A stretch of DNA of 64,000 nucleotides, from contig JAADVB010000016.1 of the NCBI GenBank assembly GCA_023334545.1, forward strand, positions 70,535 through 134,534, in the 5' to 3' direction. The translations under genes were made by a program, and so were the position numbers. Positions 12,378 to 24,678 of the stretch are shown one piece after another. The notes under the pieces were generated by a model. It worked only from the letters and a program-made list of their open reading frames with translations, had not been told where the DNA came from and did no database searches. The DNA comes from Salisapilia sapeloensis CBS 127946 (Eukaryota > Protista > Oomycota). The first letter of the stretch is position 1. Each line of letters begins with the position of its first letter.

Positions 12378-13097
12378 ATGAAGGTCTATGCTTCGATCCT
12401 CGCTGTTGCAGTCTGCACTGGATATGTATCTGCAGAAGCCCAAGCCAGTAGATGCACCAAGGATGAAATCCATGAAATTAACGACACCAATAATGTTGAC
12501 AAGCAGCCTGCGTCTGCTTGCTCCTTACGTCTGGACGAACAGGACTTGTCCTCGCTGCCTTCGAGTCGACTCTGCACAGTAAACGAGTGCGTCGATTGGC
12601 TCAAGGTCGCGAGTAAGCTGCCCGACTGCGTCTACGACGGTGTCAACTACGGCAGCAGCTATGCATACAAACTATCAGACTGCATCGATGTCCCCTCTGG
12701 TAGTCGCGATGCCAGCGAATCTGCGGCGTCTGCCGGACTGATAGACAGCTCTGAAGACGGCTCCGAAGTCAACAGCTCTGATTCGAAAGCTGAAGCATCG
12801 GCCGGGTCGGACGTCGCTTCCGACGCTGACTCTATTTCTGCTTCCTCGTCCTTGACCGGTACGGCGAGCGGATCGGACGATGACAGTGGCAGTGAGCCAG
12901 AGGTCGGTGACGACAGCGGTAGCAGCACGTTTTCGATCGACCCGCTACCGACCGCTTCGAGCTCTGGCTCCGACTCGGAATCCGAGTCCGCCACTTCGTC
13001 TGACTCGAAAGCGAGTGGCTCGGACGCTGCTTCGATGCAGTCTGTCGCCATGACTATGACTTGTGTTGCTATGGCTGCTGCTGTCTACCTTGCCTAA
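12378..13097 (+). CDS. Elicitin-like protein with Ser/Asp-rich stalk and probable GPI anchor
   Basis: Signal peptide MKVYASILAVAVCTGYVSA, six Cys in elicitin-like spacing, Ser/Asp-rich linker, C-terminal SGSDAASMQSVAMTMTCVAMAAAVYLA. Confidence 0.8.
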   Translation: MKVYASILAVAVCTGYVSAEAQASRCTKDEIHEINDTNNVDKQPASACSLRLDEQDLSSLPSSRLCTVNECVDWLKVASKLPDCVYDGVNYGSSYAYKLSDCIDVPSGSRDASESAASAGLIDSSEDGSEVNSSDSKAEASAGSDVASDADSISASSSLTGTASGSDDDSGSEPEVGDDSGSSTFSIDPLPTASSSGSDSESESATSSDSKASGSDAASMQSVAMTMTCVAMAAAVYLA

Positions 13098-13217
13098 GCA
13101 TCTATGTCTAGTACAGGCAGCTTTGTTTTTCTTTTTTGACTTTTGGACATACATGAAGAGCATGCTTTCAATACGAAACGACTTTCCTAGTGCTTTCAAC
13201 GCCATGTGGTTATAGAT

Positions 13218-13961
13218 TTATTTGCTCTGTACTTGCTGCTTCCACACTTCTGCACAGCGTAAGAGGAGACGCTGATTTTCGTCCAAGAACGACGCATTCT
13301 TATCTCGTGTCGCCTTCACTTCGTTCATCGGAACGACGTCGACTGCGACATACTCCCGTCCTAACTGATCCAATGCAGGTGGTGTACTCTGTTTCGCGAC
13401 TTTCAATGGACTTTTATCGCTTGAGAATGCTGTTGACGCTGGACGCTTCTTCTTAGAAGCAAATCGCCTGGGCTTGGAGCTTGGAGCTGCTTTGACAGGC
13501 TCATCGACAATCAATTCGGTCGATGCTTTCTCGTCCTTTTCGACTAAAAGGTCCGAGAAGATGTCCATATTTCCATCCCAACTCCACTTTGTCTTCCCTT
13601 TCTTACCTAAAGCTATCGTCCAATCTCAATCTCTACATTGAACATGTAGGAGACATTAATACGTACGAACGTGCTCTCCATGAGCAGCAATGGAGATCGT
13701 GTCTGTCCATATATCATGTCTATCCGTGTACCCTATAAAGTGGACTCGGATCTTCTGGGTCGTACGATCACATTTGATGATCTTTGCCTCGGCCCAAAGC
13801 ATCTTGGCATCCTACTTGCATACTTATAAACACCATGTCGATTGTCGAGAACAAGATGATGGTACGAGAGCATCCAGCCTATACCCGACGCACTTGGCTT
13901 TAGTTGTCACTCCATTCTGTATTCGTTTCGAAGAATTCGATCCAGCTTTCTGCTTGCTCAT
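13218..13961 (-). CDS. Tudor-knot/chromo-barrel-like domain protein (3 exons; only the last is in the ORF track)
   Basis: ATG 13961: MSKQKAG...VGYRLDAL/DAKMLWAEAKIIKCDRTTQKIRVHFIGYTDRHDIW...HV/PLGKKGKTKWSWDGNMDIFSDLL; both introns are GT-AG and join in frame. Confidence 0.7.
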
Positions 13962-14189
13962 CTTGTCAAGTAGCGAGTACTTACGCCGACCAGATCACAA
14001 TAGGGCGTTCCTGACCTAAATATATCGCAGGGTGTCTCGATTGGACATGCACTGACTTTCAGTATAATCATACTTTATCAAAGTCTTATATTTGCTCATC
14101 TCGGCGGGAATTTGTACCTGATCGATAAGTACTCGCTTCTTCATCTTCTCTCCCGGGAATACTAGTGTTCATATTGTTCATACTAGAGT

Positions 14190-15726
14190 ATGAGTGGCAA
14201 GGTCTCGTCCTCTGGACCAGGTTCCATGTCCGCAGTGTCGAATGCAGACAGCAAAAGCACAGAACAGAAGGCTGATCAGAAACCTTTGGCGCCTATTTTT
14301 TCCATGAAGACACGGTCGAGGAGCGTCCGGCGAGCGCCACAGCGCATGGACCCGGATGACTACGATGGGCCTCGAAGGAAGAAAGCTACACCACCTACAA
14401 AGGTGTCGAAACCAAAAGCCAGTCCGCGTAAGAAGCCAAAAGCTCCTCCGTCCAAATTAAAACAGCAGAAAATCACTTCTAGAGCGTCCGCAAGACCTCG
14501 TCGAAATGCAAAAGCAGGTCAAAATGGGAAGGAGCAAGGTCCGAAAGACATTACTGTGAAGGAAAAGACCGAGGGAATTGAAAATAGCAATCCAAACGAT
14601 GAAAAATCAGTTGTAAAAGTCACTCCAGAGAAACCTACAGACGGGGTCCCTTCTCCTAAAGCCAAGAGACCAATATTAACTCGAGCTGCTTCCAAGGAAA
14701 AGGCTATTATTTCGCCATCTACCTCTGAAACAGCGAAAGACGAGTCGAAATCGACGCCGGAATCATCGCAAAAGACGAAAACGCAGTCTGCTGCGCCTAA
14801 AAGTGCTCTTTCCAACCGTAAAAAAGCGTTGTGGAAAGCTGCTAGTGCATCAGCTGCTCCTACGCCGAAACCAAAGGCGGCATTAAAGCCGACACCAGCT
14901 GCACCGACCATCTACAAGTCACCAACAATCGCCAGTTCTCCTTTAAAACGCAAGGACGATCGACCGAAGAAGTCGTCTCCTGCGCCGATAACGCCACCAG
15001 CCAAACCGCTTAAGCCTCGGTCGAAAAAGTCATCTCCGAATCCGGATGGACCACTCGCAGGTGTCGTCGCGGTCGTGGAAGTTCATGCAGGTAGTTTCAA
15101 CGCTCAATTCGACTGCAGCGATGTCGTTGCAAAGAAGATGGAGACACTAGGTGCAGTTGTGATCAGTCGGTTAATGGACAGCGTCACGCATGTCGTGATT
15201 AGCCACTTGACACCTAAGTGGCGAGATAAGTTAGCCAAGTACCAATCGTCGTTCAAGTATCTTGTACGCAAGCGAGTGGATGAACGAGCAGATATTCAAG
15301 TGGTGAACGAACTGTGGGTACATAACTGTAGTCTTCAGAATAAGTGGCTAGATGAGAAACTCTTCTTCCCATTAAGCCAAGAGGAGATTGAGAAAAATAA
15401 TCATCTCCGGATGACACCACCCAAGGTCGAGGCCACGACAGCAGAGATGGAGAAGAAGAGTAGTATAAGTCCAGTGAATGATTCTGTCGAAAAAAGTAAA
15501 GATAAGGGAACGCCAAGAGGAGATAGGAAGAGGAGGAGGTCGCTCCAGAATGATCCTGCTGCAACCTTTATCCAGAGCAAACTCCCGACGAAAGACTTTG
15601 CAAAGTCGACAGAGGTACCTTTCTATTATTATTCGAGGGGCTGTAAAAGTACTAATTGTCGTATAGAAAGCCAAGTTGGAAGCGACATCGCCATTTAAAC
15701 GGAGGAAGACTGCCCATGACTTATAA
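14190..15726 (+). CDS. Lys/Pro/Ser-rich protein with a single microcephalin-type BRCT domain
   Basis: LAGVVAVVEV...METLGAVVISRLMDSVTHVVI...VVNELWVHNC resembles the MCPH1 N-terminal BRCT. A final intron gives STE/KAKLEATSPFKRRKTAHDL and the stop at 15726. Confidence 0.7.
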
Positions 15727-15941
15727 TTTGATTGCATTTGGAGATAGAAATGATATGCAACTCCTGTTATTTGAATCTCTTGTCTTTTTATCCAGTCTAA
15801 GGGTCGTCGTACGGCATTTCTTCCAATCAAAACATCCGAAGCACACGTCCGTTAAGACTGACGTCAGTATCTCGTGAAGAGGCATAGATCACTGCAGTAG
15901 CCATTCGAATCTCGATTAGCTTCCTGGACGTTGAGCCCATC

Positions 15942-17403
15942 ATGCATCTATACTTGCTACCACTGATCTTGCTATCGCTTTTATCCACGGATACTATTGC
16001 AACGAAAAGGTATTAGATACTTTCATCCTATTCCGATATCAGTCGTATATGAACTTGGTTGGGATGCTAGTGAACTGCGTCGACTCATCACGCTCTCGAG
16101 ACATGGTAGCCGAGCTCCGAATGATGTCACGGAAACGATATGTCCTGGGAATCGAGCGAATCTAGAGTCTTACCAAGTTCCATTTGCCCAACTGACTGAA
16201 GTCGGCATGGCCCAGATGCATGACGTTGGAAGGCATATCCGAGAATACTACGTGGCGGATCGTCCAGATCTGACTTCGGATAAACTCCTACCGCCAACGT
16301 TCGATGGTCCTAACCATACCCACTTTGAGGCGTATTTCCGATCCGATGCAGAGGATAGGTGTGCCCAAAGTGCTGCTGCCTGCGGACATGGGCTGTATCC
16401 GGATGGAGCCGGGCCCCCTGGCTTCCCCAGTGTCCCTGTTCCTGTCACGATGCAGTTACTACAGAATGAGCATGACTTTGCTGCTCCGAAAGGACCGTGT
16501 ATGGCTACTCGAGACGCTGATCTCGAGGTCTATGCTAAGACGAGAGGAGAGGAGCTGTTGAAAGAGTATTCGGACGTGATTGATCGAGTTATGGCCCACT
16601 GTGGTGTGGACTTGGATGCTGTTCCGAAGCTCGATCCCACCGAAGACAAAGTCCTGGCGATTAAGGACATTGCCGACATGTTCATCTTTGACGAAGATGA
16701 AGGTCTACCTCTCATGCCAGGTCTCACCTCGTCCGATCGAGACGACATTATCCAATTGGCATTCACGAACCTCATGGAGAGATACTACTCGACGGATCGT
16801 ATGGTCACGTACTGGGCAGGAGGCTTCCCGACGCTGCTTCTAGCTGGTTTGAACGGTGCAGCGACCCCGGATTCTCCCTCGGATCTAGACTACCGCTACC
16901 TGTCATACCACGGTCATCGTGAGATTATCCATGCCATTGGGAAGATGATCGGGATTGAGTTTGACTTTGATCATCAGCCATCGGCTTTAAACACTTCTTC
17001 ACTACATCCCGGAACAACTGTCTTCTTTGAGCTACATGCTACTGAGAAGGAAGAGAACTACTTTGTCCGAACATTTGTCTGGTCTCCTCGATCTGAAAGA
17101 GAACAGGTGCATCTGTCCAAGTGTTCCGAATTGGACTGTCCGTTGGAAGAGTTTAACAGTATCATCACGAACCACATCCAACGTACTGGAACGTGGCAAC
17201 AGATCTGCAAATACAACAGCGAAGAAGATCACCAGAAAACCACGGTCGAAGGTGTAGATGTCACATCTAGTGCATCATCTAACGCTATTATGCACTATGT
17301 TCTCATCACCATCGCTGCTGTGGTTGTCATCGTCGCTCTCATCTACGCGCTGATGTGGAAGAGAGCTCGTGACATGCGACGCCACTCATACAATTCCATC
17401 TAG
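15942..17403 (+). CDS. Histidine acid phosphatase (branch 2), type I membrane protein
   Basis: Signal peptide exon MHLYLLPLILLSLL (ATG 15942), intron 16010-16070, RHGSRAP motif, YHGHRE second motif, C-terminal TM helix and cytosolic YNSI tail. Confidence 0.9.
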
Positions 17404-17474
17404 CACTTGTTCGCTACGATGACGACTAAATGGACATGAATGAACTGCTCGTGACCAAGGTTTCCATTTTCGTT

Positions 17475-18836
17475 TTACGCTTGTAGTTTCCCAATCGTCT
17501 CCTTGATCTTACTTAAGTCCATCGCTTTTCCTTGCATGACTCCATTCTTCGCCTTCCCGCTCTTGGCCTTGATAGGTTCCAACGCCACCGCGCCGTGATC
17601 TTGGATGAAGGAAGACGGACCAGCCAAGACGAAGACACCGTCGCTCTTCAAGTTACCAGCAGTCAAGACATATGTCTTGCTGTCTTTAGCGTCTCCTACG
17701 CTCTTTAATACAGCTTGGAGGAACGCCGGGTCTCCGTCTGAACGGTGGTAATGCACCACTTGTTCGTCCTTAAGACGCAAATCTTTCCCGATGAACTCTG
17801 CAAGCTCCTTTTGCAATTGCTTGATGGCTTTTTGAGAAGCTTTCTGCGTCTGGAGTAGCTTGTCGACGCGATTCGCATGTTCCGAGGGGCCAGACGTTAG
17901 TAGCTTTGTCATGCGCTGCTCTTGGTTAAACATACGAGCGAACTCGTTGTTCACACGGTTGCCGACCACGAACCAGACACGTGAAGCACCTCGAGCAAAC
18001 TCCACGTTCAAGATACGTAGAGACTAGAGTGCATATAGTTAGTATCAAATAGAAATAGATGAAAGGAAGGGATGAGAGTACCTGTAGCTGACCTAGGTTT
18101 TGCACGTGTGTACCACAGCAAGGATTCATGTCGATACCGTCGATGCAGACTACACGCATGACTGCCGGTCGTTCATTCTCGTCGAACTTGGCAGCAATCG
18201 CGTCCCATTCTGGCGTATCAGGAACGGCGAATTGAGGTTGCATGGAAGCACCAGAGACAATAGCTTCGTTAACATCGCTTTCGATCTTTTTCAACGTCTC
18301 AGACGGAATGATTTTCTTGGCTCCTGTGGTCGACACGAGCTCCACGTTGCATCGTTCGTCCCCGAATGCCCAAGTCGAAGTATTGTACCCGTATTTATCA
18401 GCAATGGCACTGAGCAAGTGCTGGCCAGAGTGCTGCTGCATGTGATCGAATCGACGATCCCAATCGACCGTTGCTGTCACACGTTGGCCGGTAGCAAAGG
18501 GAGACTCACCATTCCCAGCTACACGATGCAAACAGCGCCCGTCTTTCACATAGGCAGATTGAACGACTTGATCGTCGATTTTGCCAGTATCACTCGGCTG
18601 TCCACCTCCTTCGGGGAAGATGACTATGACAAGGATGGAATTAGTACACTCGAACACCAGCTACTCCTTCCCAAAGTCCTACTCGTATCGGCTAATTCGA
18701 CTTCATACTGCGGTCCCTCCGCCACAGCCGTGCAGCTAACGACTGTCGTTTCTATAGTCTTGATCGATGAGTCCTTTTGGCATTGCAATGCCCCAGGAGG
18801 CGCCACATCTCCTTCCAACGGATACCTCGGTGCCAT
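17475..18836 (-). CDS. AARSD1: Alanyl-tRNA editing protein (AlaX/AARSD1-like) with DHHA1 domain
   Basis: ATG 18836; ADT/IIFPEGGGQPSDTG, Zn ligands HSGQH and CCGTH; two introns. Confidence 0.9.
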
Positions 18837-19025
18837 GAGATGTGTCCGTAAGAATTGAAACCTCGAAATGGGTACAAGCAATGACGCGTCCCTCGTCCGC
18901 ACTTTTCTTTTGTATACTGAATTCAAGTAGGGGTTTCTATTGGACAGCATGTTTATGCCCCAAGCAGACCATTATCGAATCCATTCCTTCATATCCACAT
19001 CTACCTTCGTTCAAAGACCACAACT

Positions 19026-20543
19026 ATGAGCAACCAAGGCGACGAAAACACTGTGAAAGAGTATCAGAAGAAGCACAAGAATGCTCCCTTCTTTAGTAAG
19101 CATCCACAAGGTTTTGGTGAAATGCAGTACATGGAACAGATCAAGATCGAGCGGACGTACGTCCTGCCAGTGCCGAACATTAACGATTGGCTTCCGGAAG
19201 AGCATTCGAATGCTAAAAACCAACGTACGATCGACGTCCAGGCAAACGATCCGGTCGAACGTAAAGCGACGTACAACAAGATCATGGGTGAAACGGATGT
19301 GATCATTGGGGACGTCCGTCGCCAAGCCGGACAAGAGCCCGTCTCTCGCGCTTACGTCCGTGCTGGGCCTCGCAAGTCACTCTTCTTTAACCCATTGAAA
19401 GTGAAAGCTGCCATCGTCACGTGTGGTGGCCTGTGTCCAGGCCTGAATAATGTCATTCGAGACATCACGACGACGCTATGGAACATGTATGGTGTCCGAG
19501 AGATCTACGGTATCCGCATGGGTTTCGCTGGTTTCTACAACTGGGAGACGATGGACCAAAAGGAAGCTCCTTTGATGCTAACACCAGCATCCACTGCCAA
19601 CATCCACCACTCTGGTGGTACCATCCTCGGCTCTAATCGTGGTGGCTTTGACCTGGACAAGATCATCAAGTTCATGACCGACCGAGGTGTTAACCAGTTG
19701 TACGTCATTGGTGGAGACGGTACGCACCGAGCGGCAAATAAAATATCGGAAGAGTGCCGTAACCGAAAGCTACCGATCGCTGTCGCTGGTGTCCCTAAGA
19801 CCATCGACAATGACGTCGATCTACTAGACCGTAGCTTTGGCTTTAACACTGCTGTTGAAGAAGCGCAGCGAGCCATTCGATCGGCCATGACGGAAGCCAA
19901 GGGTGTTCCGAATGGCATTGGTGTCGTGAAACTCATGGGCCGTAGTGCTGGGTTCATTGCCGCCCACGCCACACTGTCCAGTGGTGACGTGAACCTGTGT
20001 TTGATTCCTGAGATTCCGATCGAGTTAGAAGGAAAAGGTAGTTGTCTTAGTCATTTGGAACGTGTAGTGGACGAGATGGGCCATGCAGTTGTGGTTGTGG
20101 CAGAAGGAGCTGGAGAGGAGTTGATGGGTTCGTCCACGATCGTGGATGCAGGTGGCAACAAGAAGCTGCCTGCGATCGGAGAGTTTATGAAAGTGAAGAT
20201 CAAGGAGCACTTTGACTCGAAGCAAAAGGAGTGCACGGTCAAGTACATTGACCCGTCCTATATGATCCGAAGTGTTCCGGCGAATGCTGGTGACAGTCTG
20301 TACTGTATGCTGCTAGGCCAGAATGCCGTGCATGGCGCCATGGCTGGGTACACGGGCTTTACGGTCGGACTAAGTGCGAATCGTGTCGTCTACTTCCCTA
20401 TTACAGCTATTACGCAGAACTCGCCTCGTTGCATGGATCCGTTCGGACGTACGTGGGAACGTGTGCTGTGCCAGACGCGCCAGCCGAACACTGCTACGAT
20501 CCCAGACTCCAAGGATGACACTCGTGCCAAGAGCTCGGACTAG
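19026..20543 (+). CDS. PFK: 6-phosphofructokinase, plant/kinetoplastid-like ATP-dependent type
   Basis: TCGGLCPGLN, GTILGSNRG, GGDGTH, PKTIDND, MGRSAG, DPSYMIR; intronless. Confidence 0.92.
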   Translation: MSNQGDENTVKEYQKKHKNAPFFSKHPQGFGEMQYMEQIKIERTYVLPVPNINDWLPEEHSNAKNQRTIDVQANDPVERKATYNKIMGETDVIIGDVRRQAGQEPVSRAYVRAGPRKSLFFNPLKVKAAIVTCGGLCPGLNNVIRDITTTLWNMYGVREIYGIRMGFAGFYNWETMDQKEAPLMLTPASTANIHHSGGTILGSNRGGFDLDKIIKFMTDRGVNQLYVIGGDGTHRAANKISEECRNRKLPIAVAGVPKTIDNDVDLLDRSFGFNTAVEEAQRAIRSAMTEAKGVPNGIGVVKLMGRSAGFIAAHATLSSGDVNLCLIPEIPIELEGKGSCLSHLERVVDEMGHAVVVVAEGAGEELMGSSTIVDAGGNKKLPAIGEFMKVKIKEHFDSKQKECTVKYIDPSYMIRSVPANAGDSLYCMLLGQNAVHGAMAGYTGFTVGLSANRVVYFPITAITQNSPRCMDPFGRTWERVLCQTRQPNTATIPDSKDDTRAKSSD

Positions 20544-21045
20544 GAGAATGCAAGAAATACATTGCTTCGATATAATTCTCCCATCCACTTCCTTCGTATC
20601 TTTCTCTTTCGTATTATTGTCTGAGGTATCACTCGTATGCGAATATCACAAATGGACGTATGATGATCTACCATGACGATGAATCCTACTCGACTGCCAA
20701 GTTACCATGAACTACGAGAAAGATACTTTTCATAGCTATCGTCTAGTACGATTCAAACTATCTGACGATCATGCAAGTGTCTACTAGATCCCTTGAATGA
20801 CTCTTCAATATCTACAAGTGCATATTAACGCATGTAAGAAGCTCCAGTTCTGTCATCAGCAAGCTTGAAGATCTTATTCTCGTCTTCCTCCAGAAGGCTC
20901 TGCCACCCACATCTGATTGGTAGAAATCTTCCATATACATTTTCTAGTGCCCATGAGATAAGAGACGACACGCCATAGAATCACTCGTCCGATTGATTGC
21001 ATACACCCTCGGCACGTCACTTTCCCATCGACTTCAACGAGAGAC

Positions 21046-22545
21046 ATGTTCACCATGCAAACGCTACGACGCATTTCCCAACGCTCGGCCGCACTATCAC
21101 GTGGTATGGCAAATCTGACGGAAGAAACGTTCAATCCGAATGTCCTCCAAGCGCAGTACGCTGTTCGTGGACCACTCGTCCTACGTTCCGTCGACTACAC
21201 GCGTCGATTGAATGAAGGAGACACCTCCCTTCCTTTCGATAAAGTCATCCCGTGCAACATTGGCAACCCGCTCATCCTCAAGCAGCCTCCGATCGAGTTC
21301 CATCGACAGGTTCTCGCGCTGGTCAACTACCCGCAGCTGCTGGATCAGCCAGAGGTGACCAAACTCTTCCCACAGGACGCGATTGACCGTGCCAAGCACT
21401 ATGTCGATAACATCCCTGGTGGCACTGGCGCCTATGGACATAGTAAGGGCGCCGAATGCATCCGCAAGGAGGTAGCAGACTTCCTCTACCGTCGTGACGG
21501 CCACGTCGCGGATCCGGAGAACATCTACTTGACGGACGGAGCCAGCCAAGGTGTCCACAACACCCTCCTGTCTCTCATTCGAGGTCCGGATGATGCGATT
21601 CTCGTTCCCATCCCGCAGTACCCTCTCTACTCGGCCGCCATTGCCTTGAACGGCGGCACGATGACCGGATATTACCTGGATGAGAGCAACAATTGGGGAA
21701 TGGATATGAATGAACTAGCGAAATCCGTGAAAGAAGCTCGAGACCAGGGCAAGATGGTGCGTGCGCTAGCTGTTATCAACCCTGGCAACCCGACGGGACA
21801 GTGTCTCTCGGTCGATAACATGCAAGAGATCATTCGATTCTGCCAACGCGAGAACATTCTCATCATGGCGGATGAAGTGTACCAAGAAAACGTGTATGCA
21901 CAAGGCAAAGAGTTCGTCTCTTTCCGTAAGGTGCTGAAAGACATGGGATCCGAGTTTGAAGACGTGGAACTCATCTCCTTCCACTCTGTCTCGAAAGGAT
22001 TCACGGGTGAATGTGGACGTCGTGGAGGGTACATGGAGCTTGTGCACATTAGCGATTGTGCCCGAGACCAGTTCTACAAGCTCTTGAGTATCAACTTGTG
22101 CTCGAACGTTGACGGTCAGATCATGACAGCGCTTATGACGAACCCTCCAAAGGAAGGAGACGCGTCTTACGGTCGATACAAGGAACAAAAGGACAGTATC
22201 CTATCGTCTCTCAAACGCCGCGCAGTCAAGCTTGTGCAAGCGTTCAACGAACTCGAAGGCGTTACGTGCAACGAGACGGAAGGCGCCATGTACACGTTCC
22301 CTCAGATCACACTCCCACCCAAGGCCGTCGCGGCTGCCAAGGACGCAGGCATGGCCCCAGACGAGTTCTACTGCTCGGAGATGCTCGACACGACTGGTAT
22401 CATCGTCGTCCCTGGCTCTGGCTTTGGTCAGCAAGAAGGTACGTACCACTTCCGATCGACCATCTTGCCGCCAGAGGAAGATGTGGACAACGTCATTGAA
22501 AAGACTGCGACGTTCCACGCGTCCTTCATGGACAAGTACAGATAA
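21046..22545 (+). CDS. GPT: Alanine aminotransferase, mitochondrial presequence
   Basis: YAVRGPLV, CNIGNP, NPGNPTG, DEVYQEN, SVSKG (PLP Lys), PGSGFGQ; Arg/Ser-rich N-terminus. Confidence 0.95.
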   Translation: MFTMQTLRRISQRSAALSRGMANLTEETFNPNVLQAQYAVRGPLVLRSVDYTRRLNEGDTSLPFDKVIPCNIGNPLILKQPPIEFHRQVLALVNYPQLLDQPEVTKLFPQDAIDRAKHYVDNIPGGTGAYGHSKGAECIRKEVADFLYRRDGHVADPENIYLTDGASQGVHNTLLSLIRGPDDAILVPIPQYPLYSAAIALNGGTMTGYYLDESNNWGMDMNELAKSVKEARDQGKMVRALAVINPGNPTGQCLSVDNMQEIIRFCQRENILIMADEVYQENVYAQGKEFVSFRKVLKDMGSEFEDVELISFHSVSKGFTGECGRRGGYMELVHISDCARDQFYKLLSINLCSNVDGQIMTALMTNPPKEGDASYGRYKEQKDSILSSLKRRAVKLVQAFNELEGVTCNETEGAMYTFPQITLPPKAVAAAKDAGMAPDEFYCSEMLDTTGIIVVPGSGFGQQEGTYHFRSTILPPEEDVDNVIEKTATFHASFMDKYR

Positions 22546-22595
22546 TTCCAACATGCGTACGAGCTTGACATCGTTCCATTCGTTCCTATAAATAC

Positions 22596-24436
22596 CTATC
22601 TCTTCCAATGCTTGGAGTGTTCTGCTAGCCACACGAGACCATGACAGAGCAGCGTTAAAACAAACGCCACGTCCGATCGAGACGTGCCTTCTGCACCTTG
22701 ATGGAACATCCGCAGGAGACTCGCAGCGTACGACGGGAACGCCGGAATTTGATACACTGTTGCTAGCTGCGATCGGAAGGCTCTAGCTCGTTCAGCTCGC
22801 TCTAGTTCGCTCTGGACACTCTCTCGTCCTAGTTGTCGCAGCTCTTCAATCCGACACGCTGGCATCCGCTTGGCTTCGTCCAGTGCAATCGACAGGAGCA
22901 AGTCTGGATCGAACATGCAATTCTCAGCGTTCTTAATAGCCGCCAAGACGCTTTGAAAGTCATCTTGAGCGATTAAGACAGGCTCTAGGAGACGTAGGTG
23001 TGCCATGATAACCGGGAAGATGATGGAGGGACCTTGTGTCAAGAGCCAATCGAAGATACGGAACGTCGTGTCGCTCGGGAATGTCGTCGTGAATAGACAG
23101 AGGAGCCACTAGACATGTTGTTAGGATCGATTAAGTAGAAAATAGAGAGAGAAGGTACTTGTGAGCCTAAGAGTTCTAGAGGTACTTCTACTTCCGAGGT
23201 GAAAGTATCAAGTACAGGCAGATCTTCCGCAATAAGTTGTTTCAATACGAACAAATCGGTCTGTGTTTCGGACATGGAAGGAGCATAGTACCCAGGCACA
23301 AGGTCTTCGCAAACGACTGCTAAGAGCCAAAACGTCTGCTCTTCATCCATGAGGAGCAGTAGAAAACCGACGATAAAGTTTAAGCCTTGACAGTACCCGA
23401 TGCTCGGATTACGAAGTGAGTAGGCACGCAGGATGCGACGGAGCATAACACGTCCGTCCTGAGAGCAGATACGCGTGCCAGAGTGACCAAATGTACGATC
23501 TATGTCGAGTTCGATCTGTTTAAACAAGGAGGAATCCATCGCGTCGCATTGTTGCACGAGGTGGTGGTAGCTCCCAGTCTCCCCGACCTCTTTCCTCTTG
23601 TTCTCGGCACCAGACACGTGCATGTATATCCTCTGACGCCAGTGCATCGGTACACCACCTCTTGCTAGCTTCTTCACGAGCGACAGATTCGCCTGAAGAT
23701 CTTCTGGTGTAGCGGAGGGAAAAGCAGCTTCCCACTGATCGATCCGACGCTGTTCTCGACAGTCATAGTACGAACGCAAGTGTGCCCACTGTGTCTTTGC
23801 TGCTTCAGGGACGTTAAATCCAAACTGATCCGTCATGGGGACGTTGTAAATATTCTGCTGAAAGAGGTCTTCGATAGTAGCTTGATCGTCAAATGACTGC
23901 CATGCCTCCATCCATGCAGTCCGGATGCGAATTTCACCTGTAAAACAGTTCGGAAGGAGATACCATTCGTCCGTGGCTGGACGAGATCTTTGCTTCAGTT
24001 TCGGTAGACTAATGACTAGAGTAGACAGGAGCTCATCGGAAGTGGAGGATGTAGGTGATGGCATGGTAGGAGGATGGATGGACTTGGCGTTCTGGACGAC
24101 ATTGTCGACGGGCAGCTCCTCTTCCACTTCACTCGATGATCGGTCTTTCGCGTCTGGAAACATGTCAAAGAAGAAGAATTTCTCGGAGTAGACTTGGATG
24201 TACAAGCTGCAATCATCTCCTTTCGTAGCAACGTCCAAGTGGACGGTATGTCGCCATGTAGGATCACTCGTCGTGCTCACGGTGGCTGATCTAGATCTTC
24301 CATGATCTCCCTTTTCACCACCGATCACACTGGATAGAGATACTGTGCAGTAGGTATCTATGTTCTTCCGGCTACTCAAGTTTCTTGCGCCAACGACGTC
24401 TACGAACAACTGACGCCGTGCTACCATCTCTGGCAT
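22596..24436 (-). CDS. C2 domain + TBC (Rab-GAP) protein
   Basis: N-terminal C2 (LFVDVVGARNL), IELDIDRTF, YCQGLN. An intron near 23.1 kb joins LGSQ/WLLCLFTTTFP to the 22596-23042 frame. Confidence 0.85.
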
Positions 24437-24678
24437 TATCAGATGTGGATTGTTTCAAGAATACGAGTCCAATAGGTCGACAACTATACCGAATTGCGTC
24501 GTGAGATTCGCGTCAGAGATAGACACGTGACTTGGCTTGCTACTGCACAAAAGCGTACTTGTAGAACGATGTGATGCAAGCACTACACTCGAGCCTCGAA
24601 GACGTTCCTCAGAGGCGGTTTTGGCGTGGGACGAGAAAGACAAATACCGTAGTATCTATTAAAACTAATCAGTCTTGG

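Noticed and set aside
18100-18858. 252-aa plus-strand ORF
   Set aside because: Antisense to AARSD1 and has no recognisable motif.
20654-20771. Possible box C/D snoRNA (ATGATGA at 20660, CTGA at 20762, weak terminal stem)
   Set aside because: I could not find a convincing rRNA-complementary guide of 10 nt or more; it is probably the PFK 3' UTR. An Rfam or snoscan search would settle it.
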